A DNA stretch of 64,000 nucleotides from Candidatus Omnitrophota bacterium. Its GTDB lineage: Bacteria > Omnitrophota > Gorgyraeia > Gygaellales > Profunditerraquicolaceae. Made by a program: the position numbers and the translations under genes. The DNA lies in contig JBEKSD010000002.1 in the NCBI GenBank assembly GCA_049517335.1, positions 32,001 through 96,000 on the forward strand, written 5' to 3'. Of the stretch, positions 8,514-17,965 are shown one piece after another. The notes below the pieces were generated by a model that saw nothing but the letters and a program-made list of their open reading frames with translations, had not been told where the DNA came from and searched no databases. The first letter of the stretch is position 1. Each line of letters starts with the position of its first letter.

Positions 8514-9473
8514 ATGCTAAATAAAGTCAAGAATACAATTGAAAAATACGGTTTGATCCGGAAAGGCGACAAAATTCTCGTTGGGGTTTCCGGCGGCCCT
8601 GATTCCGTAGCGTTGTTATATATTTTAAATACCTTAAGGAAAAAAGGCGCATTCCATTTGCACATCGCACACCTTGACCATATGTTAAGAAAAAACTCGA
8701 CTAAAGACGCCGAATTCGTTAAGAAGCTTTCCGTTAACCTTAAAATCCCTTTACGGACTGGGCGCATCAATGTAAAAAAATTAGCAAAAAATCAGTCAAT
8801 TGAAGAGGCCGGCCGCAATGCCCGTCTTGACTTCTTCTTTAAAACTGCCGAGAAAATTAAAGCGGATAAAATTGCCCTTGCGCATAACCTTGAAGATCAG
8901 GCGGAAACCGTCTTAATGCGCATATTGCGGGGGACAGGCCTTTATGGATTGTCCGGAATTTCGGCAAAAAGAAAAATCCGCGGCTATGAGATCATCCGCC
9001 CCCTTATTGAAACGAAAAGGAGCGAAATTGAGTCATATTTAAAAAAAAATCGGATCAAATCGCGGCTTGACCGATCAAACTTTGAAGATATCTATTTTCG
9101 TAACAGAATCAGGAATAAACTGATCCCGCTCTTGGAAAAAAATTACAGCCCGAATATAAAAGAATTACTTGCTAATCTTGCCGTGAATTCCGGCTCGGAT
9201 TACCAGTTCCTTGAACATTTGGCGGCTAAGGCAATAAAGAAAACAACAACAAAATTTAATTTAAAGGCTCTCAGCCAACTTCACATTTCAATGCAGCGGC
9301 TACTTTTCAGAAGAGCGATAGCATGCCTACAGGGTGATACCCGCCGGATCACCTTTAGGCATATAAATGAAATTGAAGATTTGGTTTTAAACCGGCCGAA
9401 AAATTCAATTGTTGACCTGCCTAAAGGTATATCAGTAATAAAGAAAAAATCCCTCGTTTTCTACCGAAGATAA
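8514..9473 (+). CDS. tilS: tRNA(Ile)-lysidine synthetase
   Basis: SGGPDS PP-loop, HLDHMLR, AHNLEDQAET, IRPL, RNRIR; ATG 8514 preferred over TTG 8490, which lies inside the hairpin. Confidence 0.95.
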   Translation: MLNKVKNTIEKYGLIRKGDKILVGVSGGPDSVALLYILNTLRKKGAFHLHIAHLDHMLRKNSTKDAEFVKKLSVNLKIPLRTGRINVKKLAKNQSIEEAGRNARLDFFFKTAEKIKADKIALAHNLEDQAETVLMRILRGTGLYGLSGISAKRKIRGYEIIRPLIETKRSEIESYLKKNRIKSRLDRSNFEDIYFRNRIRNKLIPLLEKNYSPNIKELLANLAVNSGSDYQFLEHLAAKAIKKTTTKFNLKALSQLHISMQRLLFRRAIACLQGDTRRITFRHINEIEDLVLNRPKNSIVDLPKGISVIKKKSLVFYRR

Positions 9474-9485
9474 TTTCAATAATAC

Positions 9486-9514
9486 TTGATTTTTAAGTCG
9501 GTTAAAGATATAAT
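9486..9514 (+). promoter_or_regulatory. Sigma70 promoter of ftsH
   Basis: TTGATT-17 nt-TATAAT. Confidence 0.65.
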
Positions 9515-9540
9515 AAAAGTCTAAAAAGGGGAATGTAAAA

Positions 9541-11391
9541 ATGTCAAACCATAATCAGAAGTCCAAGAAAAACAATATACTTAAGCGAATTCCTTTCGGT
9601 TGGATATTCGTTATCATCATTTTTGTGATGTTGATAAATTCCTTTAATATTCCCGTAAACGGAGTGCCGAAGGAAATAAGTTACAGTGAATTTTACCGAA
9701 CCTTAAAAGACAGCCCCGATAGGATTAAGTCTTTGACAAAAACCGAGAGTATCCTGCAGGGCGAATACAACGATAAGTCCAAGTTCTTTGTGAATATTCC
9801 CGATAACGACACTGAGTTGTTAAATTTAATCCGCCAAAATGTGAGAAATTTTGAGGTAAAGCCGGCGCGAACATTCTGGGTTTCGCTCCTTTTTAATGTC
9901 GGTCCAATCTTACTCTTGATATTTTTCTGGTGGATGATGGCTGCCCGGGGAGAACAGCTGGGCAACCGAGTTATGGCTTTTGGGAAAGTCAGACCTAAAG
10001 TTCAGGGAGAAAAAGAAAAGACCACCTTTAATGACGTCGCCGGAGTAGATGAAGCCAAAGAAGAATTAAAAGAAGTAATTGAATTTTTAAAAGACCCTAA
10101 AAAATTCCAGAAATTAGGCGGTAAAATACCCAAAGGCGTCTTATTGGTGGGCCCACCTGGCTGCGGGAAGACTTTAATCGCAAGGGCCGTGGCAGGAGAG
10201 GCGGGTGTGCCGTTTTTCTCCATAAGCGGCTCGGACTTCGTAGAGATGTTTGTGGGAGTCGGCGCCAGCCGCGTGCGCGACCTCTTTGAACAGGGAAGGC
10301 GCGCAGGAAAAGTTTCCGGTAAGGGCGCAATAATTTTTATTGATGAGATTGACGCAGTAGGGCGCCTACGGTTTGCAGGCATCGGCGGAGGTCATGACGA
10401 ACGGGAACAAACATTAAACGCGCTTCTAGTTGAAATGGACGGGTTTGACTCCCAGCAGGGGCTGATTTTAATTGCCGCGACCAACAGACCGGATACTTTG
10501 GACCCCGCGCTTCTTCGTCCGGGCAGGTTTGACAGAAACATCATTGTTAATTTACCTGATATAAGGGGAAGGGAAGAAATTCTGAAAGTCCATACCCGCA
10601 AGATTAAACTTGCCGAGGGAGTGGATCTTAAGTCCATTGCCGCTTCAACCCCCGGCTTTTCCGGTGCAGACCTGGCAAACCTCTGTAATGAGGCGGCCCT
10701 GCTTGCCGCCCGTCACAGTAAAGAAGCGGTGGAAATGATTGAATTTGAGAAATCGGTTGAAAGAGTGCTGATGGGACCTGAAAAAAAGAGCCACATTATG
10801 TCTAAGAAAGAAAAGGAAATAACCGCGCTGCATGAATCGGGACACGCCTTAATGTCCCTTTTATTGCCCGAAGTAAACCCGGTAAAGAAAGTTTCCATAA
10901 TCCCTCGCGGCTTAGCCGGCGGCTACACTTTTACTCCTCCGCTTGAAGACCGGCATTACTGGACTAAACGCGAGCTAATTTCAGAAATTGCCATGATGCT
11001 CGGCGGCAGGGCATCGGAAGAAATTAATTTGAATGATGTTACTACGGGCGCCCAGAATGACTTGGAGATGGCCACCGGTATGGCGCGTAGAATGGTTACC
11101 CAGTTCGGCATGTCCGAAAAATTAGGCCATATTACCCTGGGCCGTAGGGAAGGTCTTGTATTTTTGGGCCGCGATATCATGGAAGAGAAGAATTACAGCG
11201 AGCAAACAGCCCGTATTATAGATGAAGAAGTAAAAAGTATAATAGATGAAGCGTATTTAAAAGCAAAGAGTTTGCTGCAACAGAATTTAGATAAGCTAAA
11301 AATGCTTTCAAGCGCTTTAATAGAAAAAGAGGTTTTAAGCGGAGACGAAGTTAAAAAACTACTTGGTATTGAGAAAGCGGACCTTACCTAA
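9541..11391 (+). CDS. ftsH: ATP-dependent zinc metalloprotease FtsH
   Basis: Two TMs, [31 protein letters not shown]. Confidence 0.98.
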   Translation: MSNHNQKSKKNNILKRIPFGWIFVIIIFVMLINSFNIPVNGVPKEISYSEFYRTLKDSPDRIKSLTKTESILQGEYNDKSKFFVNIPDNDTELLNLIRQNVRNFEVKPARTFWVSLLFNVGPILLLIFFWWMMAARGEQLGNRVMAFGKVRPKVQGEKEKTTFNDVAGVDEAKEELKEVIEFLKDPKKFQKLGGKIPKGVLLVGPPGCGKTLIARAVAGEAGVPFFSISGSDFVEMFVGVGASRVRDLFEQGRRAGKVSGKGAIIFIDEIDAVGRLRFAGIGGGHDEREQTLNALLVEMDGFDSQQGLILIAATNRPDTLDPALLRPGRFDRNIIVNLPDIRGREEILKVHTRKIKLAEGVDLKSIAASTPGFSGADLANLCNEAALLAARHSKEAVEMIEFEKSVERVLMGPEKKSHIMSKKEKEITALHESGHALMSLLLPEVNPVKKVSIIPRGLAGGYTFTPPLEDRHYWTKRELISEIAMMLGGRASEEINLNDVTTGAQNDLEMATGMARRMVTQFGMSEKLGHITLGRREGLVFLGRDIMEEKNYSEQTARIIDEEVKSIIDEAYLKAKSLLQQNLDKLKMLSSALIEKEVLSGDEVKKLLGIEKADLT

Positions 11392-11400
11392 AAAAAAGTA

Positions 11401-12594
11401 ATGCGCATAATTAAAGGCTGTTCTCCCGAAGCCATAAAACAAGCAATGCATGATATACGGGTTGACCCTTACGGCGTTGATATCATGTGGCCCAAGGCGG
11501 TAAACTATATCGTAAAATTGGATAGGCTTTCAAATATATCCGCCAATATTCTAAAACAGGAGATGCTCTCTTTCGGCGCGGAAGCTGCCTTGGCGCGCGG
11601 CGCGCTTACGGGAAAAACAAAAAATACTGGCTGTCTGTTGATGGGTAACCTCGCCCAGTTCAGGAGGTTAATTGAGAAACTTAAAAGCCAACCGTTTGGT
11701 TTGGAAAAATTGTCGGCTGAGCTGGAGGTTACGCTAAATAATTACCAAAATACCAGTTTTACGGTTAATGCCGGCCGGCACAACCTAAATTTGTCCAGCC
11801 GTGCGTATATTATGGGTATAATTAACGTTACCCCGGATTCATTCAGCGGCGACGGCCTTCTCGGCAGATGCAACAAAGAAGCTATAGTTGAATATGGACA
11901 AAAGCTGGCTGAAGAAGGAGCAGATATACTAGACGTTGGAGGAGAATCAACCAGACCCGGCGCAAAACCCGTTCCTTTAAAAGTTGAACTTGAGAGGGTC
12001 CTGCCTATAATCAAGGCTTTGGCAAAAAAAGTGAAGCTTCCGATTTCAGTTGATACTTATAAGCCGCACGTTGCCGAACAGGCGCTTGACTCAGGTGCTG
12101 CAATATTAAATGACATAAGGGGTTTGCGCGAAGCAAGGATGTTAAAAATCGCCGCTAAATATAAAGCCGCGGTTATAATAATGCATATGAAAGGCACGCC
12201 TTTGACTATGCAGAAGAATACGAAATATATTTCCGTTGTGGATGAAATCATTAAATATCTTTCCGGCGCAATAGAAAAGACGAAGAACGCAGGTATTAAT
12301 AGCGAGAGAATCATAATTGACCCGGGCCTTGGCTTCGGAAAAACCGCAGAGCAGAATCTTGAAATCCTGAAGAATTTAAGCAGCTTTAAAGTTTTAGGCA
12401 GACCGATATTAGCCGGGCCGTCCCGTAAATCATTCATCGGAAAGATTATCAACGCAGATCCTGATAACAGAATTTTCGGTACAGTCTCAGCGGTCTTAAG
12501 CGTGATTAAAAATGGGGCGAAAATCGTAAGGGTGCATGACGTTAAGGCCATCAAACAAGCAATAAAAATTGAGGAAGCGATAGAGAATACATGA
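11401..12594 (+). CDS. folP: Dihydropteroate synthase with N-terminal extension
   Basis: MGIINVTPDSFSGDG, GGESTRPG, DPGLGFGK, SRKSF, RVHDV; ~125-aa N-extension with ILKQE..QPFGL. Confidence 0.95.
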   Translation: MRIIKGCSPEAIKQAMHDIRVDPYGVDIMWPKAVNYIVKLDRLSNISANILKQEMLSFGAEAALARGALTGKTKNTGCLLMGNLAQFRRLIEKLKSQPFGLEKLSAELEVTLNNYQNTSFTVNAGRHNLNLSSRAYIMGIINVTPDSFSGDGLLGRCNKEAIVEYGQKLAEEGADILDVGGESTRPGAKPVPLKVELERVLPIIKALAKKVKLPISVDTYKPHVAEQALDSGAAILNDIRGLREARMLKIAAKYKAAVIIMHMKGTPLTMQKNTKYISVVDEIIKYLSGAIEKTKNAGINSERIIIDPGLGFGKTAEQNLEILKNLSSFKVLGRPILAGPSRKSFIGKIINADPDNRIFGTVSAVLSVIKNGAKIVRVHDVKAIKQAIKIEEAIENT

Positions 12595-13364
12595 ATTTAC
12601 CAAGCGTACTGATTTTTTGGAAACCCGTAATTGAAATAGCGTTACTATGGTTTGTAATTTACCATATTATGCTTTTTTTTGAGGGGACACGGGCACTGCA
12701 AGTCTTACGCGGAATAATCATTCTCCTGCTTGCTTTCCTGCTTTCTCGAATTTTCCAGTTGGATATCCTTGCTTGGCTACTGACTAGATTGTTCGGCATA
12801 TCGGTTATCGCTCTTTTAATTATTTTTCAGCCTGAGATACGGCAGGGGCTTGCCCGGCTGGGCCAGCGTAATCTTTTCTCACAGGGATTAAGGGAAGAAG
12901 ACCTTGATTATATGCTTAAGGAAATCGGCAGGGCTACCGAAAACTTGTTACAGTCGGAATTCGGCGCGCTGATTGCGATAGAAAGAAATGATTCTCTCGC
13001 CGGTTATTTAGAAAGCGGCGTTCTTGTTGAAGCAAAGGTATCCGCGGATTTAATTGAAGCGATATTTACGCCAAATAACCCCCTGCATGACGGGGCGGTT
13101 ATAATTCAGCACGGCCGTATTATGGCTGCCGGCTGCTTTTTTCCGTTAAGTGAAAATCAGGATTTGGACCGTATATACGGCACGCGCCACCGCGCAGCCC
13201 TCGGCTTAAGTGAAGAAACTGATGCTTTGCTAATCATCATTTCCGAAGAAAGAAAAGATATGTCATTAGTTTATAAGGGTAAACTATTTAACGCCATGAG
13301 TAAAGAAGAGATGCTCGCAAAGATAAAAGGAATATTAAAACTTAAATCCGATGAACAAAAATAA
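12591..13364 (+). CDS. cdaA: Diadenylate cyclase CdaA
   Basis: 3 TMs, FQPEIR, PLHDGA, GTRHRAALG, SEE. Confidence 0.95.
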   Translation: MNLPSVLIFWKPVIEIALLWFVIYHIMLFFEGTRALQVLRGIIILLLAFLLSRIFQLDILAWLLTRLFGISVIALLIIFQPEIRQGLARLGQRNLFSQGLREEDLDYMLKEIGRATENLLQSEFGALIAIERNDSLAGYLESGVLVEAKVSADLIEAIFTPNNPLHDGAVIIQHGRIMAAGCFFPLSENQDLDRIYGTRHRAALGLSEETDALLIIISEERKDMSLVYKGKLFNAMSKEEMLAKIKGILKLKSDEQK

Positions 13365-13494
13365 AGCATCTATACCCCAAAGGATTACCTGTTTATTTAC
13401 GAAACATCCCTGGTTAAAACTTATTTCGCTTGCGTTGGCTATAATCGTATGGCTCTATGCCCGTGGCGAGATGGCCCGCTTCATAAATTTTTAA
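13351..13494 (+). CDS. 47-aa CdaR(YbbR)-like single-TM peptide lacking YbbR domains
   Basis: MNKNKASIPQRITCLFTKHPWLKLISLALAIIVWLYARGEMARFINF*; overlaps the cdaA end and stops 1 nt before the pdxJ ATG. Confidence 0.7.
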   Translation: MNKNKASIPQRITCLFTKHPWLKLISLALAIIVWLYARGEMARFINF

Positions 13495-13495
13495 C

Positions 13496-14206
13496 ATGCC
13501 TAAATTAGGGGTTAATATTGACCATGTAGCAACCTTAAGGCAGGCAAGAAGGGCTCTTGAACCTCAACCGCTAAAAGCGGCATTAATTTGCGAAAGAGCA
13601 GGTGCGGACAGTATAGTCGTCCATTTGAGAGAAGACCGCAGGCACATTAATGACGGTGACGTCTTAAAGTTAAGAAAATCCATTAAAACAAAACTCAATC
13701 TGGAGATGTCTACTGCGCCTGGAATCGTAGATATTGCCTGCCGCATTAGGCCGGATCAGGCAACCCTGGTTCCTGAAAAAAGACAGGAATTGACCACTGA
13801 AGGCGGATTGGATGTCCTTAAATACCTGAATAAGACAGCCAGGGTAATTAAAAAACTACAAAATAAAGGAATAGAAGTAAGCTTATTTATTGATCCCTGT
13901 AAAGAACAAATTGACGCCGCTAAGATGGCTGGCGCCTCAATGGTTGAGTTGCATACCGGACGGTTCGCAGATGCAAACAATAAAGCCGTTCAGGAAAAAT
14001 ATTTTGAGGAAATACGGGAAGCCGCAAAATATACTTATAAACTCGGCTTGACGGTTAATGCAGGGCACGGCCTAAACTATTCAAACGTTTCCAGAATCGC
14101 AAAAATTAAGGAAATCAGAGAATTAAATATCGGTTATTCAATTATCTGCCGGGCGTTATTTACCGGACTTGATAAAGCAGTAAGAGAGATGAAAGCTCTA
14201 ATATGA
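13496..14206 (+). CDS. pdxJ: Pyridoxine 5'-phosphate synthase
   Basis: LGVNIDHVATLRQAR, HLREDRRHI, TTEGG, AGHGL. Confidence 0.97.
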   Translation: MPKLGVNIDHVATLRQARRALEPQPLKAALICERAGADSIVVHLREDRRHINDGDVLKLRKSIKTKLNLEMSTAPGIVDIACRIRPDQATLVPEKRQELTTEGGLDVLKYLNKTARVIKKLQNKGIEVSLFIDPCKEQIDAAKMAGASMVELHTGRFADANNKAVQEKYFEEIREAAKYTYKLGLTVNAGHGLNYSNVSRIAKIKEIRELNIGYSIICRALFTGLDKAVREMKALI

Positions 14207-14562
14207 TTACCGGCACAGGCGTTGACATAACTGAAGTGCGGCGACTTAAACAGGCGGTCCAAAAATGGGGCGACGATTTCCTAAAACGTATTTTTACCGA
14301 ATTGGAATTAAAACACGCAAAAAAACGGGGTAGCAGTATTTATCAGCATTTAGCCGGCAGGTTTGCCGCTAAAGAAGCAGTATTTAAAGCTGCGGGGGAC
14401 AGGAACCTAAACTGGAAAGACGTCCAGATCTTAAACGATAAGGACGGCAAACCGGTTTGCGTCCTTTTGAACGGTAAAGGTAGGAAATTAGACGTAAAGA
14501 TATCTATTTCTCACGTAAAAACCTATGCGGTTGCCAACGCGATTGTTACGCCGAAAAGCTGA
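14203..14562 (+). CDS. acpS: Holo-ACP synthase
   Basis: GVDI.E..R, AGRFAAKEA..KA, ISISH. Confidence 0.95.
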   Translation: MITGTGVDITEVRRLKQAVQKWGDDFLKRIFTELELKHAKKRGSSIYQHLAGRFAAKEAVFKAAGDRNLNWKDVQILNDKDGKPVCVLLNGKGRKLDVKISISHVKTYAVANAIVTPKS

Positions 14563-15403
14563 TTCAAATAAGGGTGATTTCGGGCATATTTTCATATTGG
14601 CAGGCTCAGCCCCCTTTTCCGGAGCCGCGGTTTTGTGCTCGACAAGCGCAATGCGTTCAGGTTCAGGCCTAGTTACTTTAGGAATCCCCAAAGGCATCAA
14701 TAATGCGATTATTAAAATCAAACTTCCTGAAGTAATGACTTTACCACTTGCAGAAACAAAAGAAGGTAATATCAGCGTAAGGGCCTATAAAAAAATAGTT
14801 AATTTTGTAAAAAAAGTCGATGTTGTCGTTATTGGACCCGGCTTAGGCAAAGAAGAATCAACACAGAGTTTAGCGCGTAAACTGATAAAGAAAATAAACA
14901 AACCAATGGTTATTGATGCCGACGGCTTAAATGCTTTGGCCAAACATTTAGAGCTATTACGAGTTACGAATTACCGGTTACCAATTACGAGAATACTTAC
15001 TCCTCATCCGGGTGAAATGTCGCGGCTTTGCGGCAAGAACATCAAAGAAATCCAGGATAAAAGAGAAACGATTTCTAAAAAGTTTGCCGCTGCACATAAG
15101 GTTACCCTTGTTTTAAAAGGCTATAAAACAATCGTTGCGGATTTCAAAAATAAATTGTATATTAACAAAACCGGAAACCCGGGCATGAGCACGGCAGGAT
15201 GCGGGGATGTTTTAACCGGGATTATCGCCTCGTTTTTAGGGCAAAAACTGGATGTTTTTAATGCTGCGAAATACGCAGTTTATATCCACGGGTTAGCCGG
15301 TGATTTAGCAGCGAAGGAAAAAAGTCAACTAAGTTTAACGGCTTCTGATATAATAGATAAACTTCCGGAAGCTATTATGAAAAGCGGTTTATTGCCGGCG
15401 TAG
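14525..15403 (+). CDS. nnrD: ADP-dependent NAD(P)H-hydrate dehydratase
   Basis: SNKGDFG, GPGLG, DADGLN, TPHPGEM, GCGDVLTG. Confidence 0.93.
   Translation: MRLPTRLLRRKADSNKGDFGHIFILAGSAPFSGAAVLCSTSAMRSGSGLVTLGIPKGINNAIIKIKLPEVMTLPLAETKEGNISVRAYKKIVNFVKKVDVVVIGPGLGKEESTQSLARKLIKKINKPMVIDADGLNALAKHLELLRVTNYRLPITRILTPHPGEMSRLCGKNIKEIQDKRETISKKFAAAHKVTLVLKGYKTIVADFKNKLYINKTGNPGMSTAGCGDVLTGIIASFLGQKLDVFNAAKYAVYIHGLAGDLAAKEKSQLSLTASDIIDKLPEAIMKSGLLPA
14956..14990 (+). repeat. Degenerate heptamer tandem repeat (5 units) inside nnrD
   Basis: ATTACGA GTTACGA ATTACCG GTTACCA ATTACGA. Confidence 0.7.
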
Positions 15404-15466
15404 CTCAGTTGGTAGAGCAATTGTTTTGTAAACAATGGGTCGGGGGTTCGATTCCCTTCGCCGGCT
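15394..15466 (+). tRNA. tRNA-Thr(TGT), CCA not encoded
   Basis: GCCGGCG/CGCCGGC acceptor, ATTGT-TT-TGT-AA-ACAAT anticodon arm, TTCGATT T-loop. Confidence 0.95.
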
Positions 15467-15481
15467 TAATATTGACATTAC

Positions 15482-15564
15482 GGGTAGGTACCCAAGTGGC
15501 CAAAGGGGGCAGACTGTAAATCTGCTGCACTTGTGCTTCAGAGGTTCGAATCCTCTCCTGCCCA
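15482..15564 (+). tRNA. tRNA-Tyr(GTA), long variable arm
   Basis: GGGTAGG/CCTGCCC acceptor, GCAGA-CT-GTA-AA-TCTGC, TTCGAAT. Confidence 0.95.
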
Positions 15565-15644
15565 TTGAAATTTTCCGACAAGGAAAATTTCAATGGCACT
15601 GTGCGAGCGTAGCCGAGCGACAAGCGAGGCAGCGAGAACAGTGC
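15562..15644. repeat. Tandem hairpin element in the tRNA-Tyr/Gly spacer
   Basis: CCATTGAAATTTTCC/GGAAAATTTCAATGG 15-bp IR, then GCACTGT...ACAGTGC enclosing GCGAG/GAGCG-rich sequence. Confidence 0.6.
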
Positions 15645-15661
15645 ATACACCAAAATATTTT

Positions 15662-15732
15662 GCGGGAGTAGTTCAGTGGTAGAACAATAGCCTTCCAAGC
15701 TATATATGGGGGTTCGATTCCCCTCTCCCGCT
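15662..15732 (+). tRNA. tRNA-Gly(TCC)
   Basis: GCGGGAG/CTCCCGC acceptor, ATAGC-CT-TCC-AA-GCTAT, TTCGATT. Confidence 0.95.
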
Positions 15733-15786
15733 TAAATGAGGCTATAATCGTTTAAGCGAAGAAACAACAAAAAAAAGACAGAAAAC

Positions 15787-16548
15787 ATGGAAAAAGAATT
15801 TTTAGAACCTGTATTTATCGACGCTTTTGACGTAGATGACGCCTGGTTTCAGTGTTTATCGGCAATCTTGGAAAAAGGGCACGTATATACCATCACCCGC
15901 GGCAGCTATGAAGGCCAAAGGCGCCTTGAGTTTGATTTTGTGACCGTACGCATAAAAAAACCTTCCCACCAGATTATCCCCATAATACCGGAAGGAATGA
16001 GTATTCCCGCACCCACTGATATGGATTACGTTCAGGGGTATTTAAGTTATCTTTTAACCGGGACAAAGACTAACACGGAAGATTATACTTACGGCGAGAG
16101 GTTGGTTGACCCTAAAATGCGTTTTAAAGAAACTGTGGACGGCAAAGAAATGGTCAAAGAGATGCCGCTTAACGTAAATCAGGTTGAGGAAGTAATCAAG
16201 CTCTATAAAGAGAAAGGCCAAGGGACCAATCAGGCTACTATGGAAATTGGGATGCCCGGGGACATTAAATTAGTTGACCCGCCGTGCTTAAGAATCATTG
16301 ATACGCGCATCCGCTACGGCAAGCTTCACTTTATTCTCTATTTCCGTTCCTGGGATTTATGGGGAGGTTTCCCTTCTAATTTAGGAGGACTCCAGTTAGT
16401 CAAGCAGTATATGGCAGATGAGATTGGCGTTAGCGACGGAGAAATGGTGGCTGTTAGTAAGGGCTTGCATCTTTATGAATATTCATGGGATTTAGCCAAA
16501 ATGCGCACCAATAAAAATAACTTAAGTTTAAAACAACATGGAGAATAA
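15787..16548 (+). CDS. thyA: Thymidylate synthase (ThyA fold, divergent)
   Basis: YTYGER, DPPCLR catalytic Cys, FRSWD..GGFPSN, LHLY. Confidence 0.85.
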   Translation: MEKEFLEPVFIDAFDVDDAWFQCLSAILEKGHVYTITRGSYEGQRRLEFDFVTVRIKKPSHQIIPIIPEGMSIPAPTDMDYVQGYLSYLLTGTKTNTEDYTYGERLVDPKMRFKETVDGKEMVKEMPLNVNQVEEVIKLYKEKGQGTNQATMEIGMPGDIKLVDPPCLRIIDTRIRYGKLHFILYFRSWDLWGGFPSNLGGLQLVKQYMADEIGVSDGEMVAVSKGLHLYEYSWDLAKMRTNKNNLSLKQHGE

Positions 16549-16939
16549 TTATACCGGCCCTGAGCGCAGGCAATTCCCGAGAGTTGAACATGTTACTCCT
16601 CTGGCTTATAAGGTTTGCAGCAAAGAGACCGTAACTAAATTACTTCAGGGCTACACCTCTGACATAAGCCAGTCAGGCTTGTCCTGCATGCTAAAGAATA
16701 GGGTAAACGAAGATGATATTATGTGGCTTTCTTTTGACCGCGCGGTACTTTCCATATGCGAGGGAATTGATAAAAAAGTCTTTATTTATCAAAACGGCAT
16801 TATCGCGAAAGTCTCAAGGGTTGAGGCCTCCGAAGATGATTCTTATGAGGTAGGAGTGCAATTTATTCTGCGAGAAGAAAAGAACGTATCATATATTTAT
16901 CCCAGCGTCTATTTTTTAGGACAGAAATCAAATGAATAA
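16538..16939 (+). CDS. PilZ-domain protein (c-di-GMP receptor)
   Basis: ERRQFPR (RxxxR) and DISQSG (DxSxxG). Confidence 0.85.
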   Translation: MENNYTGPERRQFPRVEHVTPLAYKVCSKETVTKLLQGYTSDISQSGLSCMLKNRVNEDDIMWLSFDRAVLSICEGIDKKVFIYQNGIIAKVSRVEASEDDSYEVGVQFILREEKNVSYIYPSVYFLGQKSNE

Positions 16940-17939
16940 CAAGGTAAAACCAAGGATTTCCATTATCGGTGACGGCGGTTGGGGGACAACTTTGGCGATA
17001 GCCCTTTCAAAAAAGGGTTATAACGTTACCGTTTGGGGGGCATTCCCGGATTACTGCACCTATGTGGCTACGAACAGGATTAATCCAAAATTCCTACCGG
17101 GAATAAGAATCCCCAAAGATATCGGGATTACTCATAATTTAAGAAATGTCTTGCCCGGCAGAGAACTCATAATCCTTGCCGTGCCTTCACAACATATGAG
17201 AGAAGTATTAAGAAAGGTTAAGAACGCACCTTATCCGAAAGATACGGTATATTTAAGCGTAACAAAAGGCATTGAAATCGGTACGCTTAAAAGGATGTCT
17301 GAGGTAATCAAAAGCGAACTTGGGCCTGTTAAATTAGGGGTCTTATCAGGTCCGACAATTGCCCATGAAGTGGCAAAAGGAATACCAACTACAGCGGTGG
17401 TCAGTTCCTATGACGCTAAAATCCGCACTTATCTACAAAATATCTTTATGACCGACAAATTCAGGATTTATACCAACGCTGATGTCATTGGGGTAGAATT
17501 GGGCGGCAGCCTGAAAAATGTAATCGCTATTGCCTGTGGCATATCGGACGGCCTCGGATTCGGAACGAATACTAAAGCTGGAATCCTTTCGCGCGGCTTA
17601 GCTGAGATTTCGCGCCTAGGGCGCGCTATGGGAGCGAATGCCTCTACGTTTTCCGGCTTAAGCGGCTTAGGCGACCTCGTTACTACCTGTATAAGTACTT
17701 ACAGCAGGAACAGGTTTGTAGGGCAGCGGCTAGGCAAAGGTAAAACATTAAAACAAATAGAATCCCATATGCAGATGGTGGCTGAAGGCGTGCCAACGAC
17801 AAAATCAGCTTACGCACTATCGCGGAAATACAAAGTGGATATGCCGATAACGATGGAAATTTACCACGTCCTTTACAATAATAAATCTCCGTTAAAAGCA
17901 GTTAGGGATTTGATGACGAGAGAAAAGAAGGACGAATAG
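16932..17939 (+). CDS. gpsA: NAD(P)H-dependent glycerol-3-phosphate dehydrogenase
   Basis: GDGGWGT, SGPT.A.EV, LKNVIAIACG, GLGDLVTTC, SRNR. Confidence 0.97.
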   Translation: MNNKVKPRISIIGDGGWGTTLAIALSKKGYNVTVWGAFPDYCTYVATNRINPKFLPGIRIPKDIGITHNLRNVLPGRELIILAVPSQHMREVLRKVKNAPYPKDTVYLSVTKGIEIGTLKRMSEVIKSELGPVKLGVLSGPTIAHEVAKGIPTTAVVSSYDAKIRTYLQNIFMTDKFRIYTNADVIGVELGGSLKNVIAIACGISDGLGFGTNTKAGILSRGLAEISRLGRAMGANASTFSGLSGLGDLVTTCISTYSRNRFVGQRLGKGKTLKQIESHMQMVAEGVPTTKSAYALSRKYKVDMPITMEIYHVLYNNKSPLKAVRDLMTREKKDE

Positions 17940-17965
17940 ATAAAATACTAAGCCGGAAAGATTTA

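Noticed and set aside
15405-15698. ORFs 15405..15698(-) and 15435..15671(+)
   Set aside because: They overlap the tRNA-Thr/Tyr/Gly genes
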